Of a stretch of DNA of 64,000 nt, positions 15,125 through 30,289 are shown one piece after another (position 1 is the first letter of the stretch; every line of letters starts with the position of its first letter). Under the pieces are notes generated by a model, which was not told where the DNA came from, ran no database searches, and worked only from the letters and a program-made list of their open reading frames with translations. Origin of the DNA: the human T2T-CHM13v2.0 reference genome, Homo sapiens. The DNA is taken from NCBI RefSeq assembly GCF_009914755.1, contig NC_060925.1. One strand, written 5' to 3'. Position numbers and translations under genes: made by a program.

Positions 15125-15380
15125 TGTGAAATTTTATTGCTGACATATATGGATCAGTATACAATTACTACATTTTTAGAAGGTGGCTTATTAATTAACC
15201 TCTCCTGAACTTTGTCCTAGGCTTTTAACTGGTCTCCTTGCCTTCAGTCTTTCTTTCCTTCATTTTGTCTTCCACACTGTTGCCAGTTATGTTTTTAAAC
15301 ATAGATATTATCTTATATTGCTTTTACTTAGAAATATTTAATGGATTCCCAATGTCTTTAGTGTAAATTACTTACCTTAG

Positions 15381-15689
<309 letters not shown>

Positions 15690-15855
15690 TGACAATGTTT
15701 CTTATAACCTTATCTCAGCCTGTCTTTCTAGCCATTTATTATCAACTTTATTTCCAGCTATTCCCCAGCACCTTACATGTATACTGCAGATTATTTGCTA
15801 TTTTTTGAATATTTACTTTTCATTCTTCTGTACTTTTTCTTGTGCTGTGGAATAA

Positions 15856-16110
15856 TGGGAAAGAATGGACTTCAGAATTGAACAAACCTGACTTTTAATG
15901 CCAGTACCGTTCCATTCTAGCTGTGTGATCCAGTTGGCAAGTCATTCATCCTCTCTGAATTTGTTTCCTAGTCTGTTTTATTTAAAACAATTATATAACT
16001 ACACCTACTTAAAAGTCATTGTGGTTATTAAGTTAGATATCATACCTGTAAGTACATACCAAGAAAGTATCTGGCATAAAGTAGGCATGTAATTAATATT
16101 TTCCATTTCT
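15856..16110 (+). mobile_element. MIR
   Basis: ctagctgtgtgatccagttggcaagtcattcatcctctctgaatttgtttcc core. Confidence 0.65.
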
Positions 16111-16550
16111 TCCTTTCTTCTGCCTAGAATACCCCTCTCTACTGTAGACTTCCTGAAGAACTCCTCAACCTTTTAAAATCCAGCTTAATGGTTAATTCTT
16201 CTCTGAATCCTTACCTGGGCTGCTTAGAAAATAGTGATTTGCTTCATTATCTCTGTTCTAATAGTGGTTCCTATAGACTGTTGGCTACATTAACACTTTT
16301 TCTCATTGCAATTTAGATATTATATTTTCAGATCGTATTCTTTCACTTAGACTATGAAATTCTTCATCTTATTTTATACTTGCATTTACTGCTCCTTGCA
16401 TGGTGCTAGGCCTGTAGTAGGCTCTCAGCAAATGCTGTCTATATTGTACTCTCAAATGCAGCTATGTCCCAGATAGTTCAGCAGTGAACTTTCACATACA
16501 GTTAAGCATTCTTTTGACTGCATAATGCTTTTGCTTCTTTACCAGGACCC

Positions 16551-16842
16551 TGTAAAAATATCTACTGTTAGTAAAATTGCTGCTTAGGGTTCAGATTTTT
16601 ATTTTAATAAATCTTAGATTAATAAGGAACTAAATTGGCCTACTCTGTTGTTAAAAAGAGTCAGATTGTTGGATTCTATTGTTAGTAAAATACCTATTGT
16701 TAGTAAAATTATCTATTGTAAAAATATCTATTGTTAGTAAAATTGCTGCTTAGGGTTCAGATTTTTATTTTAATAAATCTTAGATTAACAGGGAACTAAA
16801 TTGGCCTACTCTGTTGTTAAAAAGAGTCAGATTGTTGGATTC
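16551..16842. repeat. 126-bp direct duplication (16551-16676 and 16717-16842) with a 40-bp spacer
   Basis: Manual alignment gives 3 mismatches in 126 bp. Confidence 0.95.
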
Positions 16843-17747
16843 CATTTTCATAAAAAGTTATGTCCGTTAAATCTAATTGTCAAAACTTCTCCTACCAAGA
16901 AAGAACAGTGAATTATCTATATTACTTAAACTATATTACAGTCTCTTCATCAAAATTTTGTAATTTTTTATTCCAGTGGGATGACTTTACTTAAAAAATT
17001 TTAAACTCAGGATTTCTCTTTCCAATAAATATTTTTAATAATGGAGTAGATATTTCCCATTGTATCCAAAAAATCCATTTTAAAATTTCCATTAGAAAAT
17101 GGGAAATGATGTTACTTTGTTCTACCTGACTGTCCCTCAAATATGCATTTTATATAAGACCAACCAAGCAACATTCAACTTTTAGGTTTTCAGTTCCTTT
17201 CCCATATCTCTAGGTTCTACAGTGATTATTACGCATGATTTGACTTCAAGCTGAAAGGACCACTGTCATTCAAAATGAGATGCTGAAGCACATACTGTGC
17301 TTCCAGAGATTAAATGAGAAGAGTTACATTCAGTATTAACTTGTTCATGTTCAGAATCTTATGTGTGATTTACTGATGATTTTAGTGACATATGTACTAA
17401 ACTCTTAAATTATACTTAAAGGAATTGTTTTATGAAGCCAGTCACACACAATACTTTTATTTTCTGGGTTCATTTTTTAAAGTTTAAGTTTTTAATTGTC
17501 AAAAATGTCAAACAGTACAAAAGGTCATAGAGTAAAAGGTAGGGCTCTCTTCTACCCCAACTATTTGATATCCTTTCCAGAGGTAACTAGTATATTATCA
17601 CTTTCTTGTATATCATGAGTTATTTTAAATGCTGGTCTTGAACATTTATTATGTGAAATTCTTGTTATAATAGTTGGAAAATTTTTATTAAATAGAAAGG
17701 TAGTCTTTAGATTGTGGCACAAACCACTGTGGGGAGAGGTCTATACA

Positions 17748-17860
17748 CAGGATAACCACATTATCATCTAAGGTGGACTGGGTCACTTTTGAGAGTAAAA
17801 GAGGGCACTATTAATTTGATACTGAGCCAGCAGATACAAACCATGCTCTGTATGCACCTA
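17748..17860 (+). mobile_element. MER94-like hAT DNA transposon remnant
   Basis: Core cacttttgagagtaaaagagggcactattaat and terminal caccta resemble the recalled consensus. Confidence 0.6.
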
Positions 17861-17975
17861 TTGATAAATCAAATGCATGTCTCTTTTCTGTGAATAATTA
17901 GCTCATTTCTCCATCTGATCTCTTTCTTGATTTGTTCCTTTAACCAATCTATTACATTGTTTTCTCCCCTTTCAG

Positions 17976-18098
17976 ACTATGCTGTGGAAGAGAAACCATC
18001 ACAGATTTCAGTAATGCAGCAGTTGGAGGATGGTGGCCCTGACCCACTTGTATTTGTTTTAAATGCAAATTTGTTGTCAATGGTTAAAATTGTAAATT
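17976..18098 (+). CDS. ZFYVE9: Exon E (123 nt, phase 1 to 1): DYAVEEKPSQISVMQQLEDGGPDPLVFVLNANLLSMVKIVN
   Basis: Acceptor cccctttcag|AC, donor AATT|gtaagt; lies within ORF 17927..18109. Confidence 0.94.
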
Positions 18099-18142
18099 GT
18101 AAGTTATAAATTTTTAAAAATTAAAATCAGATGTTTTACTGA

Positions 18143-18521
<379 letters not shown>

Positions 18522-18956
18522 CTAGCCACATCTTACTGAACACTGAGTTCTGAAAAAGTTGGTTTTTATAAAATGATATATCCCAGAGGACAGCTGTGGA
18601 ACTAACCGAAACTCTCACATTTAGTTACAGGGGTGAGGTAGGTGAATTCTCCATGGATGAAAGCCAAACAAATCTTGAACTTATCTGAGTTAAGTTCTTC
18701 TTGAGATGAGTATGTTAAATCACAACTTACCACCAGAATAACTGGTGGTAGATAAATTATACAGGCTACTCAAATAATTTACATGCTGTGTTTTAATCCC
18801 AGAAACCTCAATTATGGTGCAAAACTTTATTTAGGAAAAGTGTTAACTAACACACAGTAAAGCTTCAATACATCATAAATTGAGATTCAGAAGAAACTTC
18901 TCAATTGTTGGTGCTAGCATCATGGGCATCAGGATGAGAAAGACGACAGTATTTGA

Positions 18957-19251
<295 letters not shown>

Positions 19252-19577
19252 AGTAATTTTGAGAATTATTTAGAGAATGCATTTATTCTGAATGAGTGTT
19301 AATAGGCAATTTTAAAGGACAGAACCTCTGGGGAACCATCCTGCAGTTCTCCATGTGTACTTAAGTTGATTTTGGAAACCAGAAACATATACTACTTCCT
19401 TAGAAGTTCTACATTGATGAAATGTGGGTTTCTGGCTTACTTGCTAATCACACTCTTGTATGTTTGGCCAGTTATTAATGCTTGCTACCTTCTAGGATCA
19501 GATTTAAAATGAATTTGCTTGAAATTTCAATTTGCCATATCTAGTTTATAAATTATGCTTAGAAATTAGCTAACCTA

Positions 19578-19910
<333 letters not shown>

Positions 19911-20542
19911 TCATGAGGAATGTCCTATTTAGGTACATAAAGCAAGGATTCCCAAAGTGAAATAAAGATGTCTTTGTTTTTTTGATTAACATTTGTTTTG
20001 ATTTACATGGTGGTATTCATAATTTTATTTGAGTCCTTTTTCAGTTCCTTTGGGGATCCCATTGTGTTGGGGTATGAAGAGTAAAAGTGTCAAGGATTAA
20101 ACATTGTTTTTGACTACATATGGTTTCTGCTGTTCATACTCTCCATATAGCCTTAAAGTGAAGGAGTGGAACTAAGTAGTTCAGAAAAGCCATCCTTTTC
20201 ACTAATTTTTACAGCATGAAGCCAAGTAAAGTCATGTTGCTGATTATCTAGAATTTTTTCCTGGAAAGGACTATAGTTAAAATAGCTGGAATCTCTTGGT
20301 CATATATTAAATTTAATAAATATACATAAAAATATATTTCCTTTAGGTCACAACCTGAAGATAAAGCTATATTATTGGCTTTTGTTGTAATTACTTCTAG
20401 CCTTACATTGGTAATTACTTCCTTCGATGATGTGATTTTTTAAAATATAAAGGTGGAGGACTATGTTCTTCAATCACGTTTGGCTTACAATACATAGTTT
20501 GGTTTTATTTTAGTATTAATAGAATGTTGCTTCTTTTAATAG

Positions 20543-20912
<370 letters not shown>

Positions 20913-21144
20913 GTCCTCAATCATTTTTCCAAGTGTTTAGAAAAGAGCCAGAGGCATTGGCATGTTTTATTTTCTACAATAGGTTTTTGGCTCAATGCAG
21001 TGACAGTTCACAGTTGAATTATACAGACTCAGTGTGATCTATTTTAATCTTTGCTGTATTGTAACACAGATTTCTGTGCATCTTTTTTTAAGAGTAAGGA
21101 TTGATAGGAATGTCTTTATTTTTGTGTTTTTATTCCATCTGTAG

Positions 21145-21300
21145 ATGTGAACAGGAAGTGCTGGTGTTTCACAACCAAGGGAATGCATGCAGTGGGTCAG
21201 TCTGAGATAGTCATTCTTCTACAGTGTTTACCGGATGAAAAGTGTTTGCCAAAGGATATCTTTAATCACTTTGTGCAGCTTTATCGGGATGCTCTGGCAG
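21145..21300 (+). CDS. ZFYVE9: Exon F (156 nt, phase 1 to 1): YVNRKCWCFTTKGMHAVGQSEIVILLQCLPDEKCLPKDIFNHFVQLYRDALA
   Basis: Acceptor ccatctgtag|AT, donor GCAG|gtagga; open frame. Confidence 0.94.
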
Positions 21301-22779
21301 GTAGGAATGCTTTATGACTTAGTCTGCTCCCTTTGTAGATGACAAAAAAATTTTGAATTCAAATACAAAATAATAGTCTTAACTTTGGACTTAAGCATGG
21401 CAGGGGACTTTGATATTAGTGGCAAGTTGAAGCTTTCCATGGTTTGAAGAAATTATAAATTTTAGTATTGTACCTGGTATAGTTTTTATTTTACAGAGGC
21501 TGGAATCAAAGCTGTAAGAGAATCTGGTGACCTAAATGTAAGAATATTTTCTTTTTAGTGGCCTGGGGTCAGGATATTGGTACCTGGTAGAAGGAAGCAT
21601 ATTTGTAACTTACTTCTTGTTTCTTTGGTTAACAATATTTATTTAATCATAGTGTAAATGCTAATGAATATTCAAATTTCAAAAACAATTAGCATACATG
21701 ACTATGGCTTCAAAATAAATTGTAAATATTAACTGTAACAACTTAAAAGTAAAAGCATAGAGGTTAGAAGCTGGGAAAGACTAAGGATATTAACATAAAA
21801 AGAAACTAAGATTGAGAGAAAAGAAACACATTATTTGACATTATAGTTATTTATTATGACATTGTGTTATTTGACATTACAAAGTCAGCCTCCCTTTGAT
21901 TTAACAAATGAGGTAGAAAAACGGTGTAATTGAACTATTCTCGTTTATTGTAACAGGAAGTCAGTACATAATATCTGTATTTGATAAATAGGGTTTATCT
22001 TTGAGGAAGAAGGCCTGGAGAGGGTGTGAGGGTGACCGGGGTATTAAAACTATTTTCATGTATTATTTGATAATATTTCATACATATATTAAAACAATAA
22101 ATTATTCAGACTTTCTTAATGCAATAATTTTCATTGTGGGATTCTGTGCCAAAGACAGTATCCAGAATATAAAATGCACTTCTGTGAATGAAAGGGTTTA
22201 TTGCAACATTACCTAAATTTAACACAAAAATTCAGAAGCAACCTGAATGCCTTAGCTATAGGTGGAAAGTTTAACTGTGTTATACTTATTAGATGTGAGG
22301 ATCTTTTTGAGAACTTTTTTTGGCCATTAAAACAATATTTATGAAAAGAATGTAGTAACATGGAAAATGCTCTTTAAATAATTACAGAAGCAGGATATAT
22401 AATTGTATTTTTAATGTGATGTAGATTATGCGTAAAAGATTGTGCCTTTATGTCTTCATTAGTCTCTACAATAATTTAGGTGTAGCATTACATAAGGGCA
22501 AGGTGATACATTGGAAACTGACCACATGATACCTGTGAAGTACCTTTTAATGTTTACCCTGTCTGTTCCAAAATGTATAGGGTTAAATCTGAAATCATCC
22601 AGGTCCTCCAGGCCACATAATACCCTGGAGCTGAATTTAGTCCTGGAAATAACTGGGAACTTTCACTTTTCTCCTCAATCTGAATGTATTCACTTTTAAA
22701 CACTCTAGAAAAATGGCATTGGAGGTTCAAGTAATTGTAGATTCATGTGGGTTTTGAGAGTGTGTTAGAGACTAGGGTA

Positions 22780-23870
22780 TGGGAGGTTCATGAATGTCTT
22801 ATTTAGGAGCCCATGCTTTATTCTGTAGGCAATGAAGAACCATTGAAAGTATTTGAGATGATGAGTGACATAATCAGATTTGCATTTTAGAAAGATGACT
22901 CTGGAAGCAGTGTGAAAAATGGATCAAAGTCCGTGAGTCTGGTGGCAGTTAAGAAGCAATTTCAGGATAAGCAAATGTATATTCATACACTAGAATACTG
23001 CTCAACAGTAAAAATGAACTAACTGCTGATGTACACAACAACATGCATGAATCTCACAGACATTATGCTGAGCAAAAGCCAGGCACAAAAAAGTACATAT
23101 TGGATGATTCCATTTATATGGTTTTCTAAAACAGGCAAAATTAATCTTTGGTGATAGAAATTAGGTCAGTGTTTGCCTAAAGTGAGGTGGGGGTGCAGGT
23201 GCTAGAACTGACTACAGAGAGTCCCAGAAAACTTTCTGAGATGAGAGGTCTATATCTGGATTAGGATAGTGGTTATGTGGGTGTTTGCCAAAACTCATTG
23301 AAATGTACACTTAAAATCTATCATTTTTATAATATATAGATTATACCTCAGTAAAATTTATTTTTTAAAAAGATATTGCAGGAATCCAGCAAGAAATTAA
23401 GAAATTATCAGGATTTAAATTAAATAATTGCAGTGGAAATAAAGAAGAGTATTGGAGAGATACGAAAGATGTGGTGCTTCAATTCAGTAGGATTTGGTAA
23501 CTAACTGGATATAGGGGGTTAGAGGGGACAAGTCAAGGTTGGCCTCAGATTCCTCGCTTGAGCACCTAAGTGTATGTTGGTCTTCTTCTATTCACCATCT
23601 TGATGAATAACAGATTTGGCAGAGGTAAGGGAATTCTTTGTTCAGTGTGCTGAATTTGAAATAATGACATCAGATGAAACATGAAAATGGCAGATGATTA
23701 TATGGGTATGGATCCCAGAAGATAGATCTGAGTTAAAATACAGATTTTGGAGACACAGCTTTCCTGTGATAGTTGAGAGTATCGTTGTGAATGGGATAGG
23801 CCTGTGTGAAGAGACTACGGCTGTAGATGGAATCCTGAGAGATAGACATCCTCTCAAGGAGAGGATGTGA
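22780..23870 (-). mobile_element. L2 fragment containing an L1M insertion
   Basis: gagtgacataatcagatttgcattttagaaagatgactctgg; caattcagtaggatttggtaactaactggat. Confidence 0.65.
22965..23372 (+). mobile_element. Old L1M(B/E) 3' end inserted in an L2
   Basis: atgaatctcacagacattatgctgagc...atgattccatttatatg. Confidence 0.75.
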
Positions 23871-23901
23871 ATTATTGCATGAATTATTAAAATATGTTTA
23901 G

Positions 23902-24201
<300 letters not shown>

Positions 24202-24815
24202 AATGGTTATTTTTTTAAAAAGGATACTTATATGTCAGTTCAGTCCATTTTGAACTATTGCAAAAATTTTGAAACAACAAAAATACTTGGAACTGATTAC
24301 AAGATACTAATGATAGTCTAAGGTCAGACTATAATACATCTAAGCCAACTAAAAATATTTTCTATAATGTAGGATAGGGACACGAACATATATATGTATA
24401 TCTAAGGAAATAACATTTCAAAAGCATAAGTGAGACGAAAGAGTTTTTCCTTGAATAGGAATCATTTCACAACTCATCAAATATTGGGACTAGAAGGCAT
24501 TTTAGATAATTTAATACAAACTCTTCATTTTTTAGATAAGGAAAATCAGACCTAGAAGTGTTAATGGCGTACCTAAATCACAGACCAAGTTGGTGGCAGA
24601 ATTGGGACTGTAGCTCCCAGATCAGTATTGTTTACATTATGTCAGTTGCCTCTGTGTACCATTAATAATATATCAGTTCTTAAAAACACAGATATATTAT
24701 CTATATACTATACATATTTATTAAGAACCTTATTTTTAGATAATCAGGGTAATAGCTTGATATATTTCACTATAAATTTTTTAATAAGTAAAAGCATATT
24801 TTGGGTGTTCTAAAA

Positions 24816-25340
24816 CGGGGTCCCCAACCCACAGGCCATGGACTGGTATTGGTCCGTGGCCTGTTAGGAACCAGGCCACACAGCAGAGGTGAGGGGCAGG
24901 CAAGCAAGTAAAGCTTCATCTGTATTTACAGCTGCTCCCCATTGCTCACGTTAGCGCCTGAGCTCTGCCTCCTCTCAGATCAGCAGCGGTATTAGATTCT
25001 CATAGAAGTGCGAACCCTGTTGTGAACTGCGCGTGTGAGGGATCTAGGTTGTGTGCTCCTTATGAGAATCTAATGCCTGATAATCTGTCACTGTCTCCCA
25101 TCACCCCCAGATGGGACAGTCTAGTTGCAGGAAAACAAGCTCAGGGATCCCACTGATTCTACATTATGGTGAGTTGTATAATTATTTCATGACATATTAC
25201 AATGTAATAATAGAAATAAGGTGCACAATAAATTTAATGCGCTTGAATCATCCTGAAACCGTCTCCCCTTCCCCACAGTCCGTGGAAAAATTGTCTTCCA
25301 CAAAACCCATCCCTGGTGCCAAAAAGGTTGGAGGCTACTG
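24816..25340 (+). mobile_element. MER1A-type non-autonomous hAT-Charlie DNA transposon, full length
   Basis: Ends cggggtccccaacc and ggttggaggctactg are imperfect terminal inverted repeats; 8-bp TSD ttctaaaa at 24808-24815 and 25341-25348. Confidence 0.9.
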
Positions 25341-25356
25341 TTCTAAAATGATAGCA

Positions 25357-25666
<310 letters not shown>

Positions 25667-26562
25667 TTATTATTTTTCTCTTCTGTGTAGCACATTGAGT
25701 GAAATTGACAAATTGTATCTTAAATTTCTCCTGAGTGTGAAACCTTGAATACTGTATTACTAGCTTAGGGTTATTCTGCCCTAAATCACAGAAAAGCCTT
25801 AGGAGCTATTGAATGAACTTTTTTATAACTTCCTGTGAATTTTAAAATCTAAACTACAGGTATTTAATAACCATATGTGTGTTGTATATCTATATATGTG
25901 TGTGTATCTGTGTTTCACATATATATACACACACACTTTTTTGTCATACACAGTTTTTGCATTCTGCAGTGGAGGGAAACATTATAATTTGTGAGAAATT
26001 ATGTTCTGAGAGTTTCAGAATGCCTTCTGGTTATGACAGTGCCATCGGAGGTTGTAGACTATATATTGTTTCTCCCTGTCTCCTATTCATTCCTCCATAT
26101 TTTGTACCTGTTTTTTTGCAAACAATCTATTCAGAACATAGACTTGAATGAAATTGGACTTGTATCTACCAGATTGTTATTTCTGGAGTTAATCTCTGGT
26201 TGTTTCCCTATCTTACTCAAAAGCTACTTTGGCTTTGTATTGCCTTTAGAATAAACTGTGCTCCAACATTCAGTATTCTGCATGATCTGTTCCTATATTT
26301 TTAGTCTCATCTCCTGCTAGTCATCTCTCCATACTTCCGTTGTAGCCAAACAAAACATTTATTGGTTCATTTTGTGTATATTCTGATGATTTTCCATTTC
26401 ATTACCCATGATTATGCTACTCCCAACCGTGCTATTTCCCCACACCCCAACTGTCTCAATCCTATCAGTTGTCCTAAATCTTAAAGACCACTTTCTCCAT
26501 GAATTCTTTCTTGATGACCCTCCCAGACAGAAGTAGTCTCTTCTGAACTCCCTTAATCTTTT

Positions 26563-26895
26563 ATTTTTAATTTAATTAATTTATTTATTTTGAGGCAGAG
26601 TCTCGCTGTGTCGCCCGGGCCGGAGTGCAGTGTTGCGATCTTGGCACCCTGCAACCTCTGCCTCCCGGGTTCAAGTGATTCTCCTGCCTCAGCCTCCCAA
26701 TTAGCTCCCAAGTAGCTCCCAAGTAACTGGGACTACAGGCACCTGCCACCACACTTGGAATAATTTTTGTGTTTTTAGTAGAGACGAGGTTTCACCATGT
26801 TAGCCAGGCTGGTCTTGAACTCCCAACCTCAGGTGATCCACCCGCCTGGGCCACCCAAAATGCTGGGATTATAGGTGTGAGCCACCATGCAGTCT
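26563..26895 (-). mobile_element. AluS with an internal triplication of about 10 bp near 26693-26727
   Basis: ctcccaattag ctcccaagtag ctcccaagtaa; TSD taatcttttatt. Confidence 0.92.
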
Positions 26896-26923
26896 AATCT
26901 TTTATTAAGAAAGTGTTTGGTGT

Positions 26924-27097
26924 TGTTATGGTTTCAATGTTTGTCCACTCTGAAACTCATGTTGAACTTTAATTGCCATTAGAACAATATTAGGAGGTGG
27001 GACCTTTAAGAGGTGATTAGGCCATGAGGGCTTCACCCTCATGGATGGGATTAGTGCTGTTATAAAAGGAGGGGGTTCATTCCCTTCTTGCTCTCTC
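26924..27097 (+). mobile_element. MaLR LTR (MST/MLT1A-like), 5' part only
   Basis: tgttatggtttcaatg...gggacctttaagaggtgattaggccatgagggc; abuts a 5'-truncated Alu. Confidence 0.75.
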
Positions 27098-27365
27098 TTT
27101 GGGAAGCTGAGGCAGGAGGATTGCTTGAGGCCAGGACTTTGAGACTAGCCTGGTCAACATAATGAGACCCTATCTGTACCAAAAAAAAAAAAAAAAAAAT
27201 TAACTAGGCCTAATGGCACATCCCTGTAATCCCAGCTACTTGGGAGGCTGAGGTGGGAGGAGTCCTTGAGCCCAGGAGTTTTTGAGGCCGTAGTGAGCTA
27301 TGAGTGCACCACTGCATTACAGCTTGAGTGACACAGTGAGACCCTATCTTTAAAAATAATAATAA
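27098..27365 (+). mobile_element. AluJ lacking roughly its first 35 nt
   Basis: Starts at tttgggaagctgaggcagg. Confidence 0.9.
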
Positions 27366-27529
27366 TATGTCATGGTTCATGTTTTTATTTTATTTTTCAA
27401 ATTCTGAACCTTTTGGTAAATTTATTAGAATTATGGTATTGTAGTTTTGCAAAGTAACTTTTCAACTGATGAGAAAGTTATATGGAACTATTTATGAAGA
27501 AGTGATTTAAGACAAAATACCTAACATTT

Positions 27530-27770
27530 TTTGAACACTTAATATATGCTAAGCAGTATATTCATTGCCTTATGTACACTATTTTATTTCTTCTTAAGTA
27601 CAACTCAGATTCATACTGTTACTGTTTCTATTTACACATGAGGAAAATGAAAGACACCAAAGGCCTAAGTAACTTAAGATCACACAGTTAGGTGATAAGT
27701 GGCTGAACCCAGGTTTAAATTCACCTATGTTGTCCGTAAATCTCATGTTTCGAACCATAAGAAGTACTAT
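27530..27770 (-). mobile_element. MIR
   Basis: catgaggaaaatgaaag...aagtaacttaagatcacacagtta. Confidence 0.6.
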
Positions 27771-27785
27771 AGTGTCTCTTGAGCT

Positions 27786-27948
27786 GTTTGTTTAAGAGAT
27801 AGAAGTCTTGCTCTGTCACCCAGGCTGTGTAGCAGTGGTGCCATCATAGCACACTCACTGCAGCCTTGATCTCCTTGGGCCCAAGTGATCCTTCCTCCTC
27901 AGCCTCCCAAGGGGCTGGGATTACAGGCATGAGTCACCTGACCTGGCT
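27786..27948 (-). mobile_element. FRAM-like Alu monomer
   Basis: Single arm; TSD tctcttgagct. Confidence 0.82.
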
Positions 27949-28122
27949 CCTCTTGAGCTTTCATGATCAATGTCAGAGATACACTAAACTGAGGACATGA
28001 CCTTTTATGAAGTAGTCATGCATAACTGCAGTTTGCTGCATTACAAAGAACTCCAAGAAGCTTTCTAAATTCTTTTGATGGCTTGAGTTTTAGTCATATT
28101 ACCACTTAGAAATTTATTTATT

Positions 28123-28440
28123 GGCCGGGTGCGGTGGGTCACGCCTGTAATCCCAACACTTTGGGAAGCCGAGGCAGGCAGGCAGATCACTTGAGGTCGT
28201 GAGTTTGAGACCAGCTTGGCCAACAATGGCTAAACCCTGTCTCTGCTAAAAATACAAAAATTAGCTAGGCATGGTGGTGAGCGCCTGTAGTCCCAACTAC
28301 TTGGGAAGCTCAGGCGGGAGAATCAATTGAACCCGGGAGGCGGAGGTTTCAGTGAGCTGGGATCACGCCACTGTACTCCAGCCTGGGTGACAGAGCGAGA
28401 CTCTGTCTCAAAAAAAAAAAAAAAAAAAAAGAAAAAGAAA
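28123..28440 (+). mobile_element. AluS
   Basis: Dimeric Alu. Confidence 0.93.
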
Positions 28441-29537
28441 TATTAGTATTTCTTGAAATGAATGAACCATTTGCTTGGAAATGGTTCCACTTGAGTTGAT
28501 GTGAGGATTAATAAATATACTTTGAAACAAAAGGAAGCTATTGACACATAGATATTTAAGTTATATTTGAATTGAATTTAAAGATGGCTGGCTACTTATA
28601 AGCATTTGAAAAACAGTTTAAATTCCAAATTAAAGATGGAAAATTGTAAATTACTGTATCTGTATATTTTTTGAAAGGCTGCATGACATACAAAGACTAG
28701 GAGATTGAAAGATCTGCTTTCTGCTTTCTAGGTTTTACTTTGCCACTTATTTACCTCGTCTTTTCAGAGTTACTTCACCTCTACCTCTAAGCTTCAGTTT
28801 CTTCATTTGTCAAATAAAACCCCAAATTTCAGGGAAATGGTACCGTTCTGCTTACCTACTAGCACTGATCTGATGATTACCTCATTAATGTTATGTAAAA
28901 TTACTTTATAAACCATTGATATAAAGCATTTAACACCTTTGACAGGTCACTTAGAAGCAAGATTTGGTATCTATTTTGGTTATATGGGTTCTTCACTAGT
29001 ATTGGGGTATATATAAAATTAGTTCTGTGGATTCATTACATTGAGTGCAGTCGTTGAGAAGTACCTATATAAATTAGTACATTACAGACTTTATGAATTC
29101 AAGAGCTTCAGATTAGGTCTTCAGATGAAAGCCTTTCTTTCTTTGTCAAATTCTTATACCCACTGTTTTATTTTTGCCAATATCTACACCTGTGCAGTGT
29201 TACTTGTTTGTAGATGAGATGGTACATGATAGTCTAATTCAGTTATTATTGGTAATCTACATTTTTTAAAGTGATTAATATTTAAAGGATAAAAGATATA
29301 TTTTATAATGAGAGTGGACTTCGTGAAGAATCTGTGATTGGGATGAAGAGAGTGTTAAATGGAAGAGGCAGAAAGGAAATCAGTATCTGTGGAAAATAAC
29401 TACCAATAGATTCTAGGCTCTAATAGGGAAATCGCAAAGGAATAATGAGTGAATACCTTGAGTACTAAGCCAACATATTTTTCACCTCTAAGCTATATTT
29501 ACTAGGACAGTCTTTGTGAAATATAAACATTACACTG

Positions 29538-29894
29538 TGTCTTAGTCTATTTTTGCTGCTATAATGGAATACCACAGACTGGATAATAGGTGATGAACAG
29601 AAATGTATTTCCTGTAGTTCTCATGGCTGCAAAGTCCAAGATTGAGGGGTAGGCATCTGGTGAGGACCTTTTTGCTGCATCATCCCATGGCAGAAGGGCA
29701 AATGGGGTGGGGAAGAGAGAGAAAGAATGTGCATGTGCGTGAGGGCATGTGTATAAGGGAGGGCAAACTTGTCCTTTCATAACAAACCCACTCCCAGGAT
29801 AACAGCATTAATCCAGTCACCTCTCATGAGGCCTTGCCTCCTAGCACCAAGTTTCCAACACATGCTTTTTGAGGGATATATTCAAACCACAGCA
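29538..29894 (-). mobile_element. MaLR LTR (MSTD-like)
   Basis: tgtcttagtctatttttgctgctataatggaataccacagactgg ... ttcaaaccacagca; degenerate 5-bp TSD cactg/tgctg. Confidence 0.8.
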
Positions 29895-30289
29895 TGCTGT
29901 TGATAGAGTTACAGGAATGCTGTCATGCACCCTACATTGTAGAGGGAAAGCATCTCTTTAATTCCCTATTCTCCTCCTTATTCACCAAAGCTAGATAAAG
30001 AGATGAAAAAAAATTTTTTTCTCTTTGACAAATTATCTGTTGAATTTTGTATGAAGTGTCTCTTATATTGTATCCTAGAATTCCAGGATCTAGGGAGGTG
30101 GTAAAGAAGCAATGGTAAATTTGGGGATCTTATCTCCCTAAAGTTCCTGACACTCTATCCCTGATCCTGCAGTGGCTGCCAGAAAAAATGTAAATTTACT
30201 TAAATCTTACTCTAAAATCATTGAAAGTCCCCCCAAAAATCATATATTTGGCTGATCAATATATGTATATTTGCATTAGAATAATAATA

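Noticed and set aside
16551-16842. Repeat-spacer-repeat layout suggesting a CRISPR array or LTR pair
   Set aside because: Only two 126-bp units in eukaryotic intron, the spacer derives from the repeat itself, and there are no cas or retroviral genes
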